Shown here: positions 48,260 through 58,637 of the stretch, piece by piece
How positions within the stretch are numbered: position 1 is the stretch's first letter
Layout: the number at the start of each line of letters is the position of its first letter
Source of the DNA: Planctomycetales bacterium
Lineage (GTDB): Bacteria; 4484-113
NCBI GenBank assembly: GCA_037441675.1
Contig: JBBIRS010000005.1
Location: 94,731-158,730, forward strand
Reading direction: 5' to 3'
DNA length: 64,000 nt
Translations under genes and position numbers: made by a program
Notes under the pieces: generated by a model
The model's database searches: none
Told to the model about the DNA's origin: nothing
What the model saw: the letters and a program-made list of their open reading frames with translations, nothing else

Positions 48260-48754
48260 ATGGTAGGCATTGAATATGAATACATTGGTGAGCTCAGCAT
48301 AAATTCTGCTGAGGAGACCAAAAAGATTGGTGTAGCACTTGGCTTGATTTTACCTACACCCATTTTGCTCCTTCTCATTGGCGAGCTTGGTTGTGGAAAG
48401 ACAACATTTGTTCAGGGCTTGGGTGAAGCTCTTGGCATTTCTAGCCCAATTACTAGTCCCGCATTTCTTTTAATGAAAGAGTATCTGGGAGTAAGAACAT
48501 TAAGGCACATTGACCTTTACAAGGTTAGCGACGCAAAAGAAGTTGAAAAGGTGGGAATTGTGGAAGATTTGAGGGAAAACACCATTGTTGCGGTAGAATG
48601 GGGAACTAAGATAGATTTGAATTTAGACTTTCCCAAGCTTATCGTTGAGATTAAATTCGGTGATGGAGAGAACGATAGGGTTTTAGTTTTTAATTCTTGC
48701 GGATTAACTCAAGAGGATATTATCAGAATAAAAGATGCTTTGTGGAATCATTGA
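48260..48754 (+). CDS. tsaE: tRNA t6A biosynthesis ATPase TsaE
   Basis: GELGCGKTT, TSPAF, HIDLY, VEW. Confidence 0.93.
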   Translation: MVGIEYEYIGELSINSAEETKKIGVALGLILPTPILLLLIGELGCGKTTFVQGLGEALGISSPITSPAFLLMKEYLGVRTLRHIDLYKVSDAKEVEKVGIVEDLRENTIVAVEWGTKIDLNLDFPKLIVEIKFGDGENDRVLVFNSCGLTQEDIIRIKDALWNH

Positions 48755-49427
48755 CACATCCGGTCCCGTTATTGAATTAGGCTTTACTGAAGAGGCGAAC
48801 CTATTAGTGGCGCATAGATACTCGCACACAAAAGAAAATGCTCAACACATAGCTTCTCTCTTTGATTGCTCGCTAAAAAATGTTCGGGAGCTGGGTATAA
48901 AGACTGATATCACTTATCTAGCGGTTGGTGTTGGACCTGGCTCTTTTATCGGGTCAAGAAGTGGTGTTGCCTTCGCTAACGGGTACGCAGTTGCCAGAGG
49001 GATTCCCATTATTCCCATTGGGTCGATGTGGAGCAGAGCGGTAGATATTCTCTTAAGGGGTTTCACTCCAATTGTCATTCGCAATGCTCATCGCAATTCA
49101 TTTTACCTAGGGTATTATTCAAGGGAGCTGAAAACTGACCCACCAAATGGTGTTATCAGCGAGGCGGAATGCAATTTTCAAGAATGTATTAACTTCATAT
49201 GCGAGAAGGCTCAAAGCGCGACAAACTCTGAGAAATTCGCAGTTTACACCGATAGTAAGAGCATATTTGATGAGGTTGTTCGAGTTTCAACTTATTCTAA
49301 CGGGCAGATTTTTCTCGTTGACAGTATAGTTTCAATTCGTGGTATGGCTTATCTAGCTCAGAAATTGATTGCCGCAGGAAAAGAAGAATCATTTGCAGAT
49401 GTGCTTTACCTTCGTCCCGCGATTTGA
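48735..49427 (+). CDS. tsaB: tRNA t6A biosynthesis protein TsaB
   Basis: IDTS, GVGPGSFIGSR, terminal LYLR; follows tsaE. Confidence 0.88.
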   Translation: MLCGIIDTSGPVIELGFTEEANLLVAHRYSHTKENAQHIASLFDCSLKNVRELGIKTDITYLAVGVGPGSFIGSRSGVAFANGYAVARGIPIIPIGSMWSRAVDILLRGFTPIVIRNAHRNSFYLGYYSRELKTDPPNGVISEAECNFQECINFICEKAQSATNSEKFAVYTDSKSIFDEVVRVSTYSNGQIFLVDSIVSIRGMAYLAQKLIAAGKEESFADVLYLRPAI

Positions 49428-49488
49428 AAGTAATAGTGAGCTCTTTCACGGAAGTGCGAGTTCTCGGATAGAGTATCATTTAATACTT

Positions 49489-50520
49489 GTGGAAGAATTT
49501 TCTGAAAAATACTCTCGCCTTCTTAAAGAACGAAGAACGCTTCTTGTTCTTGGCCTAGACCCACACCTAAGCGTAATTAAGGAAGACTTCAAAGATGCTC
49601 TAGAGTTAAACGAAGAGATACTTTGCTTTCTAGCTTCTACATCACTTATTTACTATCTATCGGATGATAAAGTGATGCGTTTGTTGGATTTTCTCTATGC
49701 GGGGAAGGGGGATAAAGAGACATCGCAAAGCCTCGTGAATTTTCTAAGGTTTTGCGCTCTGGCAATATATTCACTCAAAGACGATGTTATAGGTGTAAAG
49801 TTCCAATCTGCCTGCTTTGAGAGACTCGGGGTGTATGGTAGTTACTGCCTATCGGTGCTAATGGAATTGGCGCGAAGGTTGGATTTGCTTGTGCTTTTTG
49901 ATGGTAAGCGTGGTGATATTGAGATTACTTTGAGTACCTACGCTGAAGCCTACTTTTCTTCCGAGAATCTTCCCTTCTCCATGGAGGCTGACGCTATAAC
50001 GTTAAATCCATTCATAGGCATAGACACTTGGAATGCGCTCATCCCCTATTTGAAAAACGGGAAACAAGTATTCTTTATTGCTTATCCCAGTTCGCCATCC
50101 GCATCTGACTTTGCAGAAGCATTAGTTTGCGGAACTCCCATTTATATGTTCCTAGCATCTTCAGCACGAGACATTCTAATAAAGAATCGCCTTGATTCAA
50201 TAAAACCTTCCCCTATAGGTTTTGTGATAGGCGCAAATAAGCCAGAGGTAGCAATTAGTATTCGCTCAGCTATGCCTGATGCTCTCTTTTTAGTTCCAGG
50301 GATTGGAGCCCAGGGCGTTAAACTGGCTGATGTAGCATACACTTTTACCAGCGGAAGCAAACTTGCTCTATTTCCCATATCCCGAGCCCTTTTATACTCC
50401 TACAAAACTAAAACATTAAAGGGAGTTGACGGTAGGCAATATCAAGAAATCATTACCACTTCGGTTAAGGATACCGCTCTACTTTTCAACACCGAATTAA
50501 GGTCAACGATTGAGCTTTAG
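49489..50520 (+). CDS. pyrF: Orotidine-5'-phosphate decarboxylase (subfamily 2)
   Basis: LGLDP, KFQSACFE, DGKRGDI, LVPGIGAQG, SRA; start uncertain, GTG 49489 chosen to avoid tsaB overlap. Confidence 0.88.
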   Translation: MEEFSEKYSRLLKERRTLLVLGLDPHLSVIKEDFKDALELNEEILCFLASTSLIYYLSDDKVMRLLDFLYAGKGDKETSQSLVNFLRFCALAIYSLKDDVIGVKFQSACFERLGVYGSYCLSVLMELARRLDLLVLFDGKRGDIEITLSTYAEAYFSSENLPFSMEADAITLNPFIGIDTWNALIPYLKNGKQVFFIAYPSSPSASDFAEALVCGTPIYMFLASSARDILIKNRLDSIKPSPIGFVIGANKPEVAISIRSAMPDALFLVPGIGAQGVKLADVAYTFTSGSKLALFPISRALLYSYKTKTLKGVDGRQYQEIITTSVKDTALLFNTELRSTIEL

Positions 50521-50598
50521 CTACAAGGGATGAGTTGGAACAATTTCATAACTTGAGAATATTTTCTAGCAATACTACCTGAACTAGAGTAATTGACC

Positions 50599-52002
50599 TT
50601 AGCGCAATCTCTCACTTTTCTGCTTTTTCCTTCGTTCATCAAAGACTAACCGAATATGGGTACCGGTGAAATCAAAATGCCTGCGAATGACATTTTCAAG
50701 AAAATTCCGATAAGCCTTTCTTAGAAGTCTTCTTTCATTAACCTTTAACTTAAATGTAGGCGGGGCGGTACTGACTTGTTCGGCTGAATAAATCTTTAGC
50801 GTTTTATTTTTCACGATGGGGGGTGGGGTGATGGCTATCTCCTCCTTCAAAACATCCCATAGCACCGAGTTATTAATGTTTCTTTTATAGTTCTTGCTCA
50901 CGCGAATAATCTGAGAGAAGAGCTCCGAGATACCGGTTTTCTCTTTAGCGCTCATAAAAACTATAGGCGCAAAGGCGAGCCTTCTTAGCTCTGAATAGAC
51001 GTGATTACTCATAAGTTCTCTATTGGCACGTTTATTTTCAAACAAGTCCCACTTATTCACTATGATAATCACAGACTTGGCTTTAGCCTCAATTCTCTTG
51101 GCAACCCTTTTGTCCATCTCCTCGACTCCCCTTTGGGCATCCAGCATAAGAAGGCAAACTTGCGCTTCACCAAGTGCTTTTTGACTCCTAGCGTAGGAGT
51201 AAAACTCAACGTCATCCATTTTTGAGACCTTCATCAATCCTGCGGTATCTGTAAAAGTGAAGTTAATTCCTTTATAAATAACCTCCTGACTTATTGCATC
51301 TCTCGTAGTTCCGGGTATTTCTGAGATTAGGACTTTGTCCTCTTGCAGGATGGTATTTAACAGACTAGATTTACCAACATTTCGCTTTCCAAAGATGGCA
51401 ACCCTTATATGTTCTTGAATACTTGAGGTAGGGGTTTCACTCTCTAGCTTACAAAATTTAGCCCCTACGAGCCTTGCGGAAGGAAATTCTTTCCAATTGA
51501 TGTTTTCCACGATGAGGTCGCAGAGCTCGGAAATATTTCTTCCTGAGAGCGCTGAAATGAATACCATTTTTTCAAAACCTAGGGAACGAAATTCTTCTGC
51601 CATAACTTCAAAGTTAGAACTATCCACTTTATTCACCGCAAGGATAATCGGCTTTCTTAGCTTGAAAAGCAACTTCCTTAGCTCAAGCTCTTCCTTGGTA
51701 ACTCCGCTTCGGACATCTGTGAGAAAAACTATGAGGTCGGACTTCTTTGCAGTTTCCCAAGCTTTCCTGGATACAAGGGCGCGCAGTACATCCTCGCTTT
51801 CTTCTCCCAGTCCACCGGTATCTTGTAATAAGAAACGATAGCTGTTCCACTCACATTCAGCAGAGATTACATCCCGCGTTACTCCTCTGGTTTCATCCAC
51901 AATGGCTATTCTCTGTTCCGCCAGACGGTTAAAGAGCGTGCTTTTTCCTACATTCGGGCGCCCCAAAATGACTACTATCGGCTTTTTATTTTTATCTTCC
52001 AC
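50599..52002 (-). CDS. der: Ribosome biogenesis GTPase Der (EngA)
   Basis: Two GTPase domains (GRPNVGKS, DTGG, NKVD; GKRNVGKS, DTAG, NKWD) plus KH-like tail. Confidence 0.96.
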   Translation of the reverse strand: MEDKNKKPIVVILGRPNVGKSTLFNRLAEQRIAIVDETRGVTRDVISAECEWNSYRFLLQDTGGLGEESEDVLRALVSRKAWETAKKSDLIVFLTDVRSGVTKEELELRKLLFKLRKPIILAVNKVDSSNFEVMAEEFRSLGFEKMVFISALSGRNISELCDLIVENINWKEFPSARLVGAKFCKLESETPTSSIQEHIRVAIFGKRNVGKSSLLNTILQEDKVLISEIPGTTRDAISQEVIYKGINFTFTDTAGLMKVSKMDDVEFYSYARSQKALGEAQVCLLMLDAQRGVEEMDKRVAKRIEAKAKSVIIIVNKWDLFENKRANRELMSNHVYSELRRLAFAPIVFMSAKEKTGISELFSQIIRVSKNYKRNINNSVLWDVLKEEIAITPPPIVKNKTLKIYSAEQVSTAPPTFKLKVNERRLLRKAYRNFLENVIRRHFDFTGTHIRLVFDERRKKQKSERLR

Positions 52003-52201
52003 TTTATTTAATCTTATCCCAAGTGGAATTTACCGAGACATTGTTAATTTAACTATCAGACATAGCAGGTTTTATTCACTAGATTGGTTATTAAGTAAAC
52101 GTGTTGGAAACTGAGATTGGTAAATGGCGCGCCAGCTCAAAATATATTAATCAGGTGATGTAAAACACAATAAATTAGAATAAATTTTGATACTATAATA
52201 T

Positions 52202-52278
52202 GTAGGCGTGCTACAGCCTCCCTTTAATGCCTACTCCTTCAGCAGCCTGAGCCGCAAAAGAGCGGCTCATTTTCCTTT
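52202..52278 (+). ncRNA. Candidate small RNA with CCUCCC loop and intrinsic terminator
   Basis: TGATACTAT/TATAAT at 52188-52199; hairpin GTAGGCG...TGCCTAC with CCTCCC loop; terminator TGAGCCGC/GCGGCTCA + TTTTCCTTT. Confidence 0.5.
52248..52278 (+). terminator. Intrinsic terminator with U tract on the plus strand
   Basis: TGAGCCGC-AAAAGA-GCGGCTCA-TTTTCCTTT. Confidence 0.75.
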
Positions 52279-53672
52279 TATACTCGCGATGGAATCAATT
52301 CGCCGATAAATTCTCTATCCCGCAACTCTTTCAACTTAACGTATGCAAACGAGGAAAGGTGAGCGTGATTTAATACTTGAAAGTGCACCCTTTGATAGGC
52401 TTCACCGTAACCAGAAAGTGTTGTTTGGCTAATTCTTTTCTCCTCTTTCTTTTCAGGTTGCGTATTCGGGAGTTTGACAGGAAGTCCTTCAAATGATCCA
52501 TCTCGTCTTTCGGGAATAACTTCCGCTCTTCTATCTAGGAAGCGCTTTAATGAATCTCTTGCTACTTCTCTGGAAAGCTCAAAGAGTCTTGCCTCTCTAT
52601 CGGAAACTATTTTGCCGTTCAGTCTTTGGCTAAAGGCGGATAAAGTTCCAGGCCGTTCTGAGTAGGGGAAGATGTGGACTCTCTCGAAAGCGCATTCTCT
52701 TACCACCTTTAGGGTTTCCTGAAAATCCTCCTCGGTTTCAGTGGGATATCCAACCATAATATCAGCACTTACTGCACCGTAAGGATACTTTCGTCTGAAG
52801 CTATCAACGATTTTCAAATACTTTCTCACATCATATTTTCTTCGCATATCAGCTAGCACACGGTTCGAACCTGATTGGAGTGGCAAATGAAGGTGGGGAC
52901 ACATTTTAGGATGCCCAAATAAATTTAAGATATTTTCGTTTACGTGCTCTGGTTCAATTGAAGAAAGCCTTACCCTGAATCTATTTCTGCTTTCTTGAAG
53001 AATTCTCGCAAGAAGCTCTGCCAATGAAAACCCATACTTAGGCTCTCTATAAAGACCCACGTTTACTCCTGTGACTACTATTTCCGCAGTGCCTAAAGTT
53101 GTTGTAAGTTCAACCTCATTGAGAATAGCCTTTATATTCTTGCTTTCGAGGCTTCTTGTTTGCGGAATGATGCAAAAAGAGCAACCCGAGTTACAACCAT
53201 CCTGAACCTTCAAAAAGTAGCGGGCTCTTGGGGGATTGAAGTATTTACACTCATTTTGAGGCTCTCTACTCGCTTCCCTTGATGGGAGATTTACTCTAAC
53301 ATTATGACCCATCTCACGAAGAATCTCTAAAGCTCTCTTAGGGACTGAGGATATATCGCCAACGATGTGAATCGAAAGTTGGGAAAACTTAGGAAGAGTG
53401 TTCTTACCTCTAGCACCGCAGCCGGTCAAAATTATCTCAGCATTTTGATGTTTTCGTCTAACTTTAGAGATAAATCTTCTCGCTTCCGCCTCAGCCTCGT
53501 TGGTTACTACACAGGAATTGACGATTATTACCGCGTAATTATCTCTGTTCTCAAAATTCTTGTGCTCTTCCGCTAACGAGACGAATATGCCATATTGGTG
53601 CAAGCCACGCGCTATTTCAACACTATCAGCGTAGTTTGTTTTGCATCCGAATGTCTTTATTAAAATTCTCAA
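52278..53672 (-). CDS. mtaB: Radical-SAM methylthiotransferase (MtaB-like)
   Basis: TFGCKTN, NSCVVT, TGC, KVQDGCNSGCSFC, HLPLQSGS, HIFPYSERPGT. Confidence 0.88.
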   Translation of the reverse strand: MRILIKTFGCKTNYADSVEIARGLHQYGIFVSLAEEHKNFENRDNYAVIIVNSCVVTNEAEAEARRFISKVRRKHQNAEIILTGCGARGKNTLPKFSQLSIHIVGDISSVPKRALEILREMGHNVRVNLPSREASREPQNECKYFNPPRARYFLKVQDGCNSGCSFCIIPQTRSLESKNIKAILNEVELTTTLGTAEIVVTGVNVGLYREPKYGFSLAELLARILQESRNRFRVRLSSIEPEHVNENILNLFGHPKMCPHLHLPLQSGSNRVLADMRRKYDVRKYLKIVDSFRRKYPYGAVSADIMVGYPTETEEDFQETLKVVRECAFERVHIFPYSERPGTLSAFSQRLNGKIVSDREARLFELSREVARDSLKRFLDRRAEVIPERRDGSFEGLPVKLPNTQPEKKEEKRISQTTLSGYGEAYQRVHFQVLNHAHLSSFAYVKLKELRDREFIGELIPSRV

Positions 53673-53815
53673 TCCGCCATTAATTTTACCTTTATTAGTA
53701 TTCTTCTATTGGGTTCTTTATAAAGAATGCGACTTAATTTTTTGAAGAGAGCACGCAAGATATATCAAAGAAGAAGGAAAAGGAAACGAGCTTTAAGGTA
53801 TGCCTTCCGTTGCGC

Positions 53816-54862
53816 CTAAAGGACGAGTAACTCTTCCCTATCGCGAGATATTACTCTATCAGAGATGGAAGAGCCATCGGGAACAGTTGTTCCAGCATCA
53901 ACTATAACGTTTGAGAGGTGGCAATCTTTACCCACCTCCGCATAGGGCAAAAGGATGACGTTTTGCAATCGTGAACCAGTTCCGACCAGGCATCCTCGCA
54001 TTGCTATTACTCTGTGGAATAGATCGCAACCCTTACAAATATTAGCTTGAGAATGAATATAAATGAAATCCTTAAATAGAGCAAAGTTGTCTCTCTCGCC
54101 AAAAAACATTTTCCTACCAGTTGTTAGCCAATAACCAAGAATATCAAACTGAGTAAAGAAGAAGCTGTTTAGCGTCCCCACATCTCGCCAAAATCCAGAA
54201 TGCTTAAAAGAGTAGAGTTTACCCTTTTCGGCTAGCTCGGGAAATACGGTTGTCTCAAGAGCAAACTCGCCTTGCTGATGAAGTATGCTTTCAACAGCAT
54301 CTTTTTCCAATATGTAAACACCGCCATTTATAAACGCGGTTTGGTTTGCGTTAACCTCCTCTTTTTCGCGGAAGGAGGAAACGATTCCGCTTTCATCAAT
54401 TTCTAAAACGCCAAACCCTCTATGGTTCTTGATTTCGCATCCCAAAATTGTTGTGTGGTTATACTTCTTGTATGCCTTTAGAAAATTTTTAGGCGACATA
54501 TCAGTTACTACGTCGCCATTCATAACGAGTAGCGGTGCCTGAAGGGCATAGGTATTGATAGCTTTGGCTACCGCTCCCCCTGTGCCCATTGGCTCAGCCT
54601 CCTCGGAAAACTCAATTTTCTCGTTCGCAAATTTATATGGAGATTTCACTGCGCCACTTTTGTCGTTAAATATTGCTTGCTTAATTTTGTCTACCAGATG
54701 TCCGCCAGCAATTACGACTCTCTCACATCCGAATTCTTTTGCTAACGCCATTGGGTAATTGATGAGGGGCACATCAAGTAGTGGTATACAACTCTTCGGT
54801 GTGCTGAGTGTGAGGGGAAAGAGTCTTGTTCCAAGCCCTCCAGCAATTATAATTGCGTCCAC
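53816..54862 (-). CDS. NDP-sugar pyrophosphorylase (mannose-1-phosphate guanylyltransferase-like)
   Basis: AGGLGTRLFPLT, PK, EPMGTGG, NGD, WRDVGT, left-handed beta-helix tail. Confidence 0.9.
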   Translation of the reverse strand: MDAIIIAGGLGTRLFPLTLSTPKSCIPLLDVPLINYPMALAKEFGCERVVIAGGHLVDKIKQAIFNDKSGAVKSPYKFANEKIEFSEEAEPMGTGGAVAKAINTYALQAPLLVMNGDVVTDMSPKNFLKAYKKYNHTTILGCEIKNHRGFGVLEIDESGIVSSFREKEEVNANQTAFINGGVYILEKDAVESILHQQGEFALETTVFPELAEKGKLYSFKHSGFWRDVGTLNSFFFTQFDILGYWLTTGRKMFFGERDNFALFKDFIYIHSQANICKGCDLFHRVIAMRGCLVGTGSRLQNVILLPYAEVGKDCHLSNVIVDAGTTVPDGSSISDRVISRDREELLVL

Positions 54863-54956
54863 TGCGTCATTTTATCATAGGTAATCGCACTCAACTATCT
54901 TTATCCCATCAATAAATTTCTCTGCTGGTTGAGGTTCTAAGCTAAGGGAAATTTGT

Positions 54957-55517
54957 CTACATCAAGTTAATCTTATACTTTAATTGGGGAATTCCATTTA
55001 ATGTTACTTCGGTTTTGATGAAGTTAACTGATCTATGGTTTACCGCCCACCTGCAGAATCGTTCAAAGAGCTTGTTCATAACTGTATCAGCTATTGGCCA
55101 GTTCCACACTATGGAAATTCGCTTTTTCTCCGCCTCAGCTAGAACATTTTCCATTACAAATTGTAGGTAACCTTCACCGCGATGTAGTGGAGTCAAATAC
55201 ATATCTCTAATTCTAAGAACTCTTCCCGTATCGTCGCTTTCCTCTGAAGTATTTGCCTGAAGGAACTCGGTCATTATAAAACCGCACACTTCACCTTCAT
55301 GCTCAAGGAAGAACGCGGAGTGATTCTCCTTCCCTCCGAGATACATATTTACCTCTTGTTGTATCTGCCTATCTTTGTATAGTTCTGGGTAGCGTGTTAA
55401 CTCCGCAAGCTCTATCCTATATTCATTCCATAGTGAGAGAAGCTTATTTTTCTCTTGCTTTTCCACTGCTCGTAGGGTCATAACTTTGCGAATCTCAATA
55501 TCCATCCATTTTCCCAC
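54957..55517 (-). CDS. GNAT-family acetyltransferase-like protein
   Basis: GEVCGFI, IRDMYLTPLHRGEGY motif A. Confidence 0.75.
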   Translation of the reverse strand: MGKWMDIEIRKVMTLRAVEKQEKNKLLSLWNEYRIELAELTRYPELYKDRQIQQEVNMYLGGKENHSAFFLEHEGEVCGFIMTEFLQANTSEESDDTGRVLRIRDMYLTPLHRGEGYLQFVMENVLAEAEKKRISIVWNWPIADTVMNKLFERFCRWAVNHRSVNFIKTEVTLNGIPQLKYKINLM

Positions 55518-55709
55518 CTTCCTTTAATAGTTTATCGCAAGTTTTGCTCTCTGAGGGATAGGAACGAGGATTTATTTCAAATTCTCGCTAGTTATTTTTG
55601 TAATGCAAACTAAATATGATTAATTGAGTATGAGAAAGTTCGTTACTATATACTAAAATAGAAGCGAGTAACAGGTATTCCTTGTAAAAGTAACTTAAGG
55701 AGGAAGGAA

Positions 55710-57344
55710 ATGAAAAGTGGACTACCAAGAGTCCCTCAACCTATAAATGAGCCTGTGAAAACTTACGCTCCGGGAAGCAGCGAGCGAGCTCAGTTGAAAT
55801 CAAAGCTTGCGGAGATGCTCTCCACTGAAATTGAAATCCCACTCATAATTGGTGGCAAGGAAATTTATACGGGAAATCTAGGTGAGTGCATCGCTCCCCA
55901 TGATAAATCGCGGGTACTAGCGAGGTTTCATAAAGCCTCGGAGGAACATATTCAAATGGCAATTGATTCAGCTTTGGGGGCTTGGAATGAGTGGTCGCGG
56001 ACCCCTTGGGAGGAGAGAGCTTCTATTTTTCTCAAGTGTGCACAGCTTCTAGCGGAAGAATGGCGGATGACCCTGAACGCCGCAACTATGTTAGGCCAAT
56101 CCAAGAACGTGTTTCAGGCGGAGATTGATAGCGCCTGTGAATTAATTGACTTCTGGAGATTCAATCCATTTTACGCTCAGCAAATCTACTCCGAACAGCC
56201 GATGTACTCTCCCACAGGCACTTGGAACTACGTGGAACAGCGTGCATTAGAAGGCTTCGTCTTTGCGGTTACGCCGTTCAATTTTACTTCCATTGCGGGA
56301 AACCTGCCGACTGCTCCAGCCCTTATGGGAAATACGGTCGTTTGGAAGCCTGCGTCAACCGCTGTATACTCCGCATTCTACCTAATGAAGTTATGGGAAA
56401 CTGCAGGAATTCCACCAGGGGTGATCAATATGATTTTAGGCTCTGGAGCTGATATTGGCGACAAGGTCCTGGTTAACCAAAGTCTTGCTGGAGTTCACTT
56501 TACCGGTTCCACATCCACATTTCAAAGGATGTGGGAGACAATTGGTGCAAACATCAAGAATTATCGCGCATATCCGAGGATTGTTGGTGAAACTGGGGGT
56601 AAGGATTTCATCTTTGCCCATTCATCGGCAGATATTGACGCTTTAGCCACTGCCCTTACGAGAGGAGCCTTCGAGTATCAGGGGCAGAAGTGTTCAGCAG
56701 CCAGTCGCGCATACATTCCTAATTCCATCTGGCAAAAGCTAAAGGAAGTTTTCTTTGACCAAATATCAAGCATAAAAATGGGCGATGTTACCGACTTTTC
56801 CTGTTTTATGAATGCTCTTATTGATAAAGCCTCCTTTGACAAAATTGTCAGCTATCTCAAGTTTGTGAAGAGTTCAGCTGATGCAGAAATCTTGATAGGT
56901 GGAAATTACGACGAGTCTATAGGCTACTTTATTGAACCTACGGTTATTTTGGCTAAAGATCCGTTCTTTAGGACAATGTGCGAGGAAATTTTCGGTCCAG
57001 TTCTCACAATTTACCTTTACGCTGATAAGGATTATGAGGATGTTCTAAGGCTCTGCGATAGGACAAGCCCTTATGGTTTAACCGGCTCTATTTTTGCGAA
57101 TGATAGGCGTGCTATATCAATGGCGCAAGAGGTGCTGACCCATTCCGCCGGGAACTTCTACATAAACGACAAGCCCACTGGCGCAGTTGTTGGCCAACAA
57201 CCTTTTGGCGGAGGTAGAGCTAGTGGAACTAATGATAAGGCGGGAAGCCCTCTAAACTTGCTAAGATGGGTTAGCCAAAGGGCTATCAAGGAGACCTTTA
57301 ATCCTCCCAAAGATTACCGCTATCCCTTTATGGCTGAACCGTAG
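55710..57344 (+). CDS. pruA: L-glutamate gamma-semialdehyde (P5C) dehydrogenase
   Basis: PFNFTSIAGNL, FTGST, GETGGKDF, YQGQKCSA, EEIFGP, SGTNDKAG. Confidence 0.96.
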   Translation: MKSGLPRVPQPINEPVKTYAPGSSERAQLKSKLAEMLSTEIEIPLIIGGKEIYTGNLGECIAPHDKSRVLARFHKASEEHIQMAIDSALGAWNEWSRTPWEERASIFLKCAQLLAEEWRMTLNAATMLGQSKNVFQAEIDSACELIDFWRFNPFYAQQIYSEQPMYSPTGTWNYVEQRALEGFVFAVTPFNFTSIAGNLPTAPALMGNTVVWKPASTAVYSAFYLMKLWETAGIPPGVINMILGSGADIGDKVLVNQSLAGVHFTGSTSTFQRMWETIGANIKNYRAYPRIVGETGGKDFIFAHSSADIDALATALTRGAFEYQGQKCSAASRAYIPNSIWQKLKEVFFDQISSIKMGDVTDFSCFMNALIDKASFDKIVSYLKFVKSSADAEILIGGNYDESIGYFIEPTVILAKDPFFRTMCEEIFGPVLTIYLYADKDYEDVLRLCDRTSPYGLTGSIFANDRRAISMAQEVLTHSAGNFYINDKPTGAVVGQQPFGGGRASGTNDKAGSPLNLLRWVSQRAIKETFNPPKDYRYPFMAEP

Positions 57345-57434
57345 CAAAGTTATTAGCAGTGCATTTTAATTTCGTGGATCTTTTATCTAAGTGAGTCAGC
57401 GAACTTTTCTCTCTCACTTGTTTTGTAATTCTTG

Positions 57435-58034
57435 TTAAATAGCATTTTTTAGCCTTATCAGCTCTTTACCGATGTCTATTTCTTGAATGAATGCACGATA
57501 ATTTCCACTACCTCCGCTGATTAGTCCAATAACGCTTTCAGGCTCAAGCATCGCAATAAAAGTTCCCGCATCCTTCCATCCCTCCTGTTCATACCTCTTG
57601 TATGCTGAGAGCTTTAAGATGATGGCTAAGAACTCTTTATCAGGTTGAATTGTTATGCCTAACTCTCTGGTGACAAAGTCAGTGTTTATATCATTTGCAG
57701 AATAGTTGAAACTTAAAGCCCCAAAAACAAAGATTGCGTCATAGGGTAGATTTGCGCCATGGGTTGAGAGAGGTCTTATGGTTGAAGCAAGGCTAGGAAC
57801 AGTACTAACGAGCCTTCCCTCATCGGTTAAGCTTCTTAGTTTTGTTAGGTCCTCTTGGCTTAAGTTATTTATGTTTTCGTCTACATTTTGTTTGAGCTCC
57901 ACCTTTGGGACTTGGTAATATTCCATTACTAACTTAAACGCAAATGGAAGTACTCCTAAACTAACAATCAGAAAAGTCAGCAGGATTACCGAAACCATCA
58001 CTATGGCGGGAGGTTTTGCTGAATTTGCCTTCAA
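57435..58034 (-). CDS. Hypothetical membrane-anchored protein
   Basis: 199-aa ORF with N-terminal TM helix; GGAG upstream. Confidence 0.65.
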   Translation of the reverse strand: MKANSAKPPAIVMVSVILLTFLIVSLGVLPFAFKLVMEYYQVPKVELKQNVDENINNLSQEDLTKLRSLTDEGRLVSTVPSLASTIRPLSTHGANLPYDAIFVFGALSFNYSANDINTDFVTRELGITIQPDKEFLAIILKLSAYKRYEQEGWKDAGTFIAMLEPESVIGLISGGSGNYRAFIQEIDIGKELIRLKNAI

Positions 58035-58074
58035 AGAACATTCATCTCCCTTTGTTTAACTCTTCGCAGGCTAG

Positions 58075-58521
58075 CTAACTTTCGTTATCCTCTGCTAAAG
58101 GACTAACATAAATTAGTATTAACTCCAACTTTTCCCCGCTGTCAGGAAACTGAATCGTCCCTTCAATGGTTTTTGTTGCTGGATTTAGTTTTGCATTAAC
58201 ATAGAACGGATGATTACTGTTAGGTGCAACTATAAACCCTATACTATCAAGAAAAATGCTTCCCCTGCCTCCAACCGGTTCTACATTTTCATCTCCCAGG
58301 TAGGAAAGTTTGCAGAGAAACTGCCCATTAGGGTTGAGGGGAAATATTTCTAATCTTGCTGGTAACCTTTCATCCTTACTCAATATAAAACCCTCGTAGA
58401 CGCCAGTTGGTTCAAACTGATCTTTTGGAAGATTAACAGAGGAACTTCCGCACGAGTTCAAGATACTTAGACTTAATAACACGCTCAAGAATAAAACCAT
58501 GCTCTTTGTTATGGCTAGCAC
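58075..58521 (-). CDS. Hypothetical lipoprotein
   Basis: Lipobox LNSC after hydrophobic stretch; beta-rich body. Confidence 0.7.
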   Translation of the reverse strand: MLAITKSMVLFLSVLLSLSILNSCGSSSVNLPKDQFEPTGVYEGFILSKDERLPARLEIFPLNPNGQFLCKLSYLGDENVEPVGGRGSIFLDSIGFIVAPNSNHPFYVNAKLNPATKTIEGTIQFPDSGEKLELILIYVSPLAEDNES

Positions 58522-58637
58522 TCTTCAAATTATATCAACTTAAGAAGCTTTTCGCTTAAGCAATTTAGAGATTGATCCGCAGTGATAAAATAGGGTAGGT
58601 TGTTCTTCGCCAATAATAAGGGATAAGGAGGCAGAAA

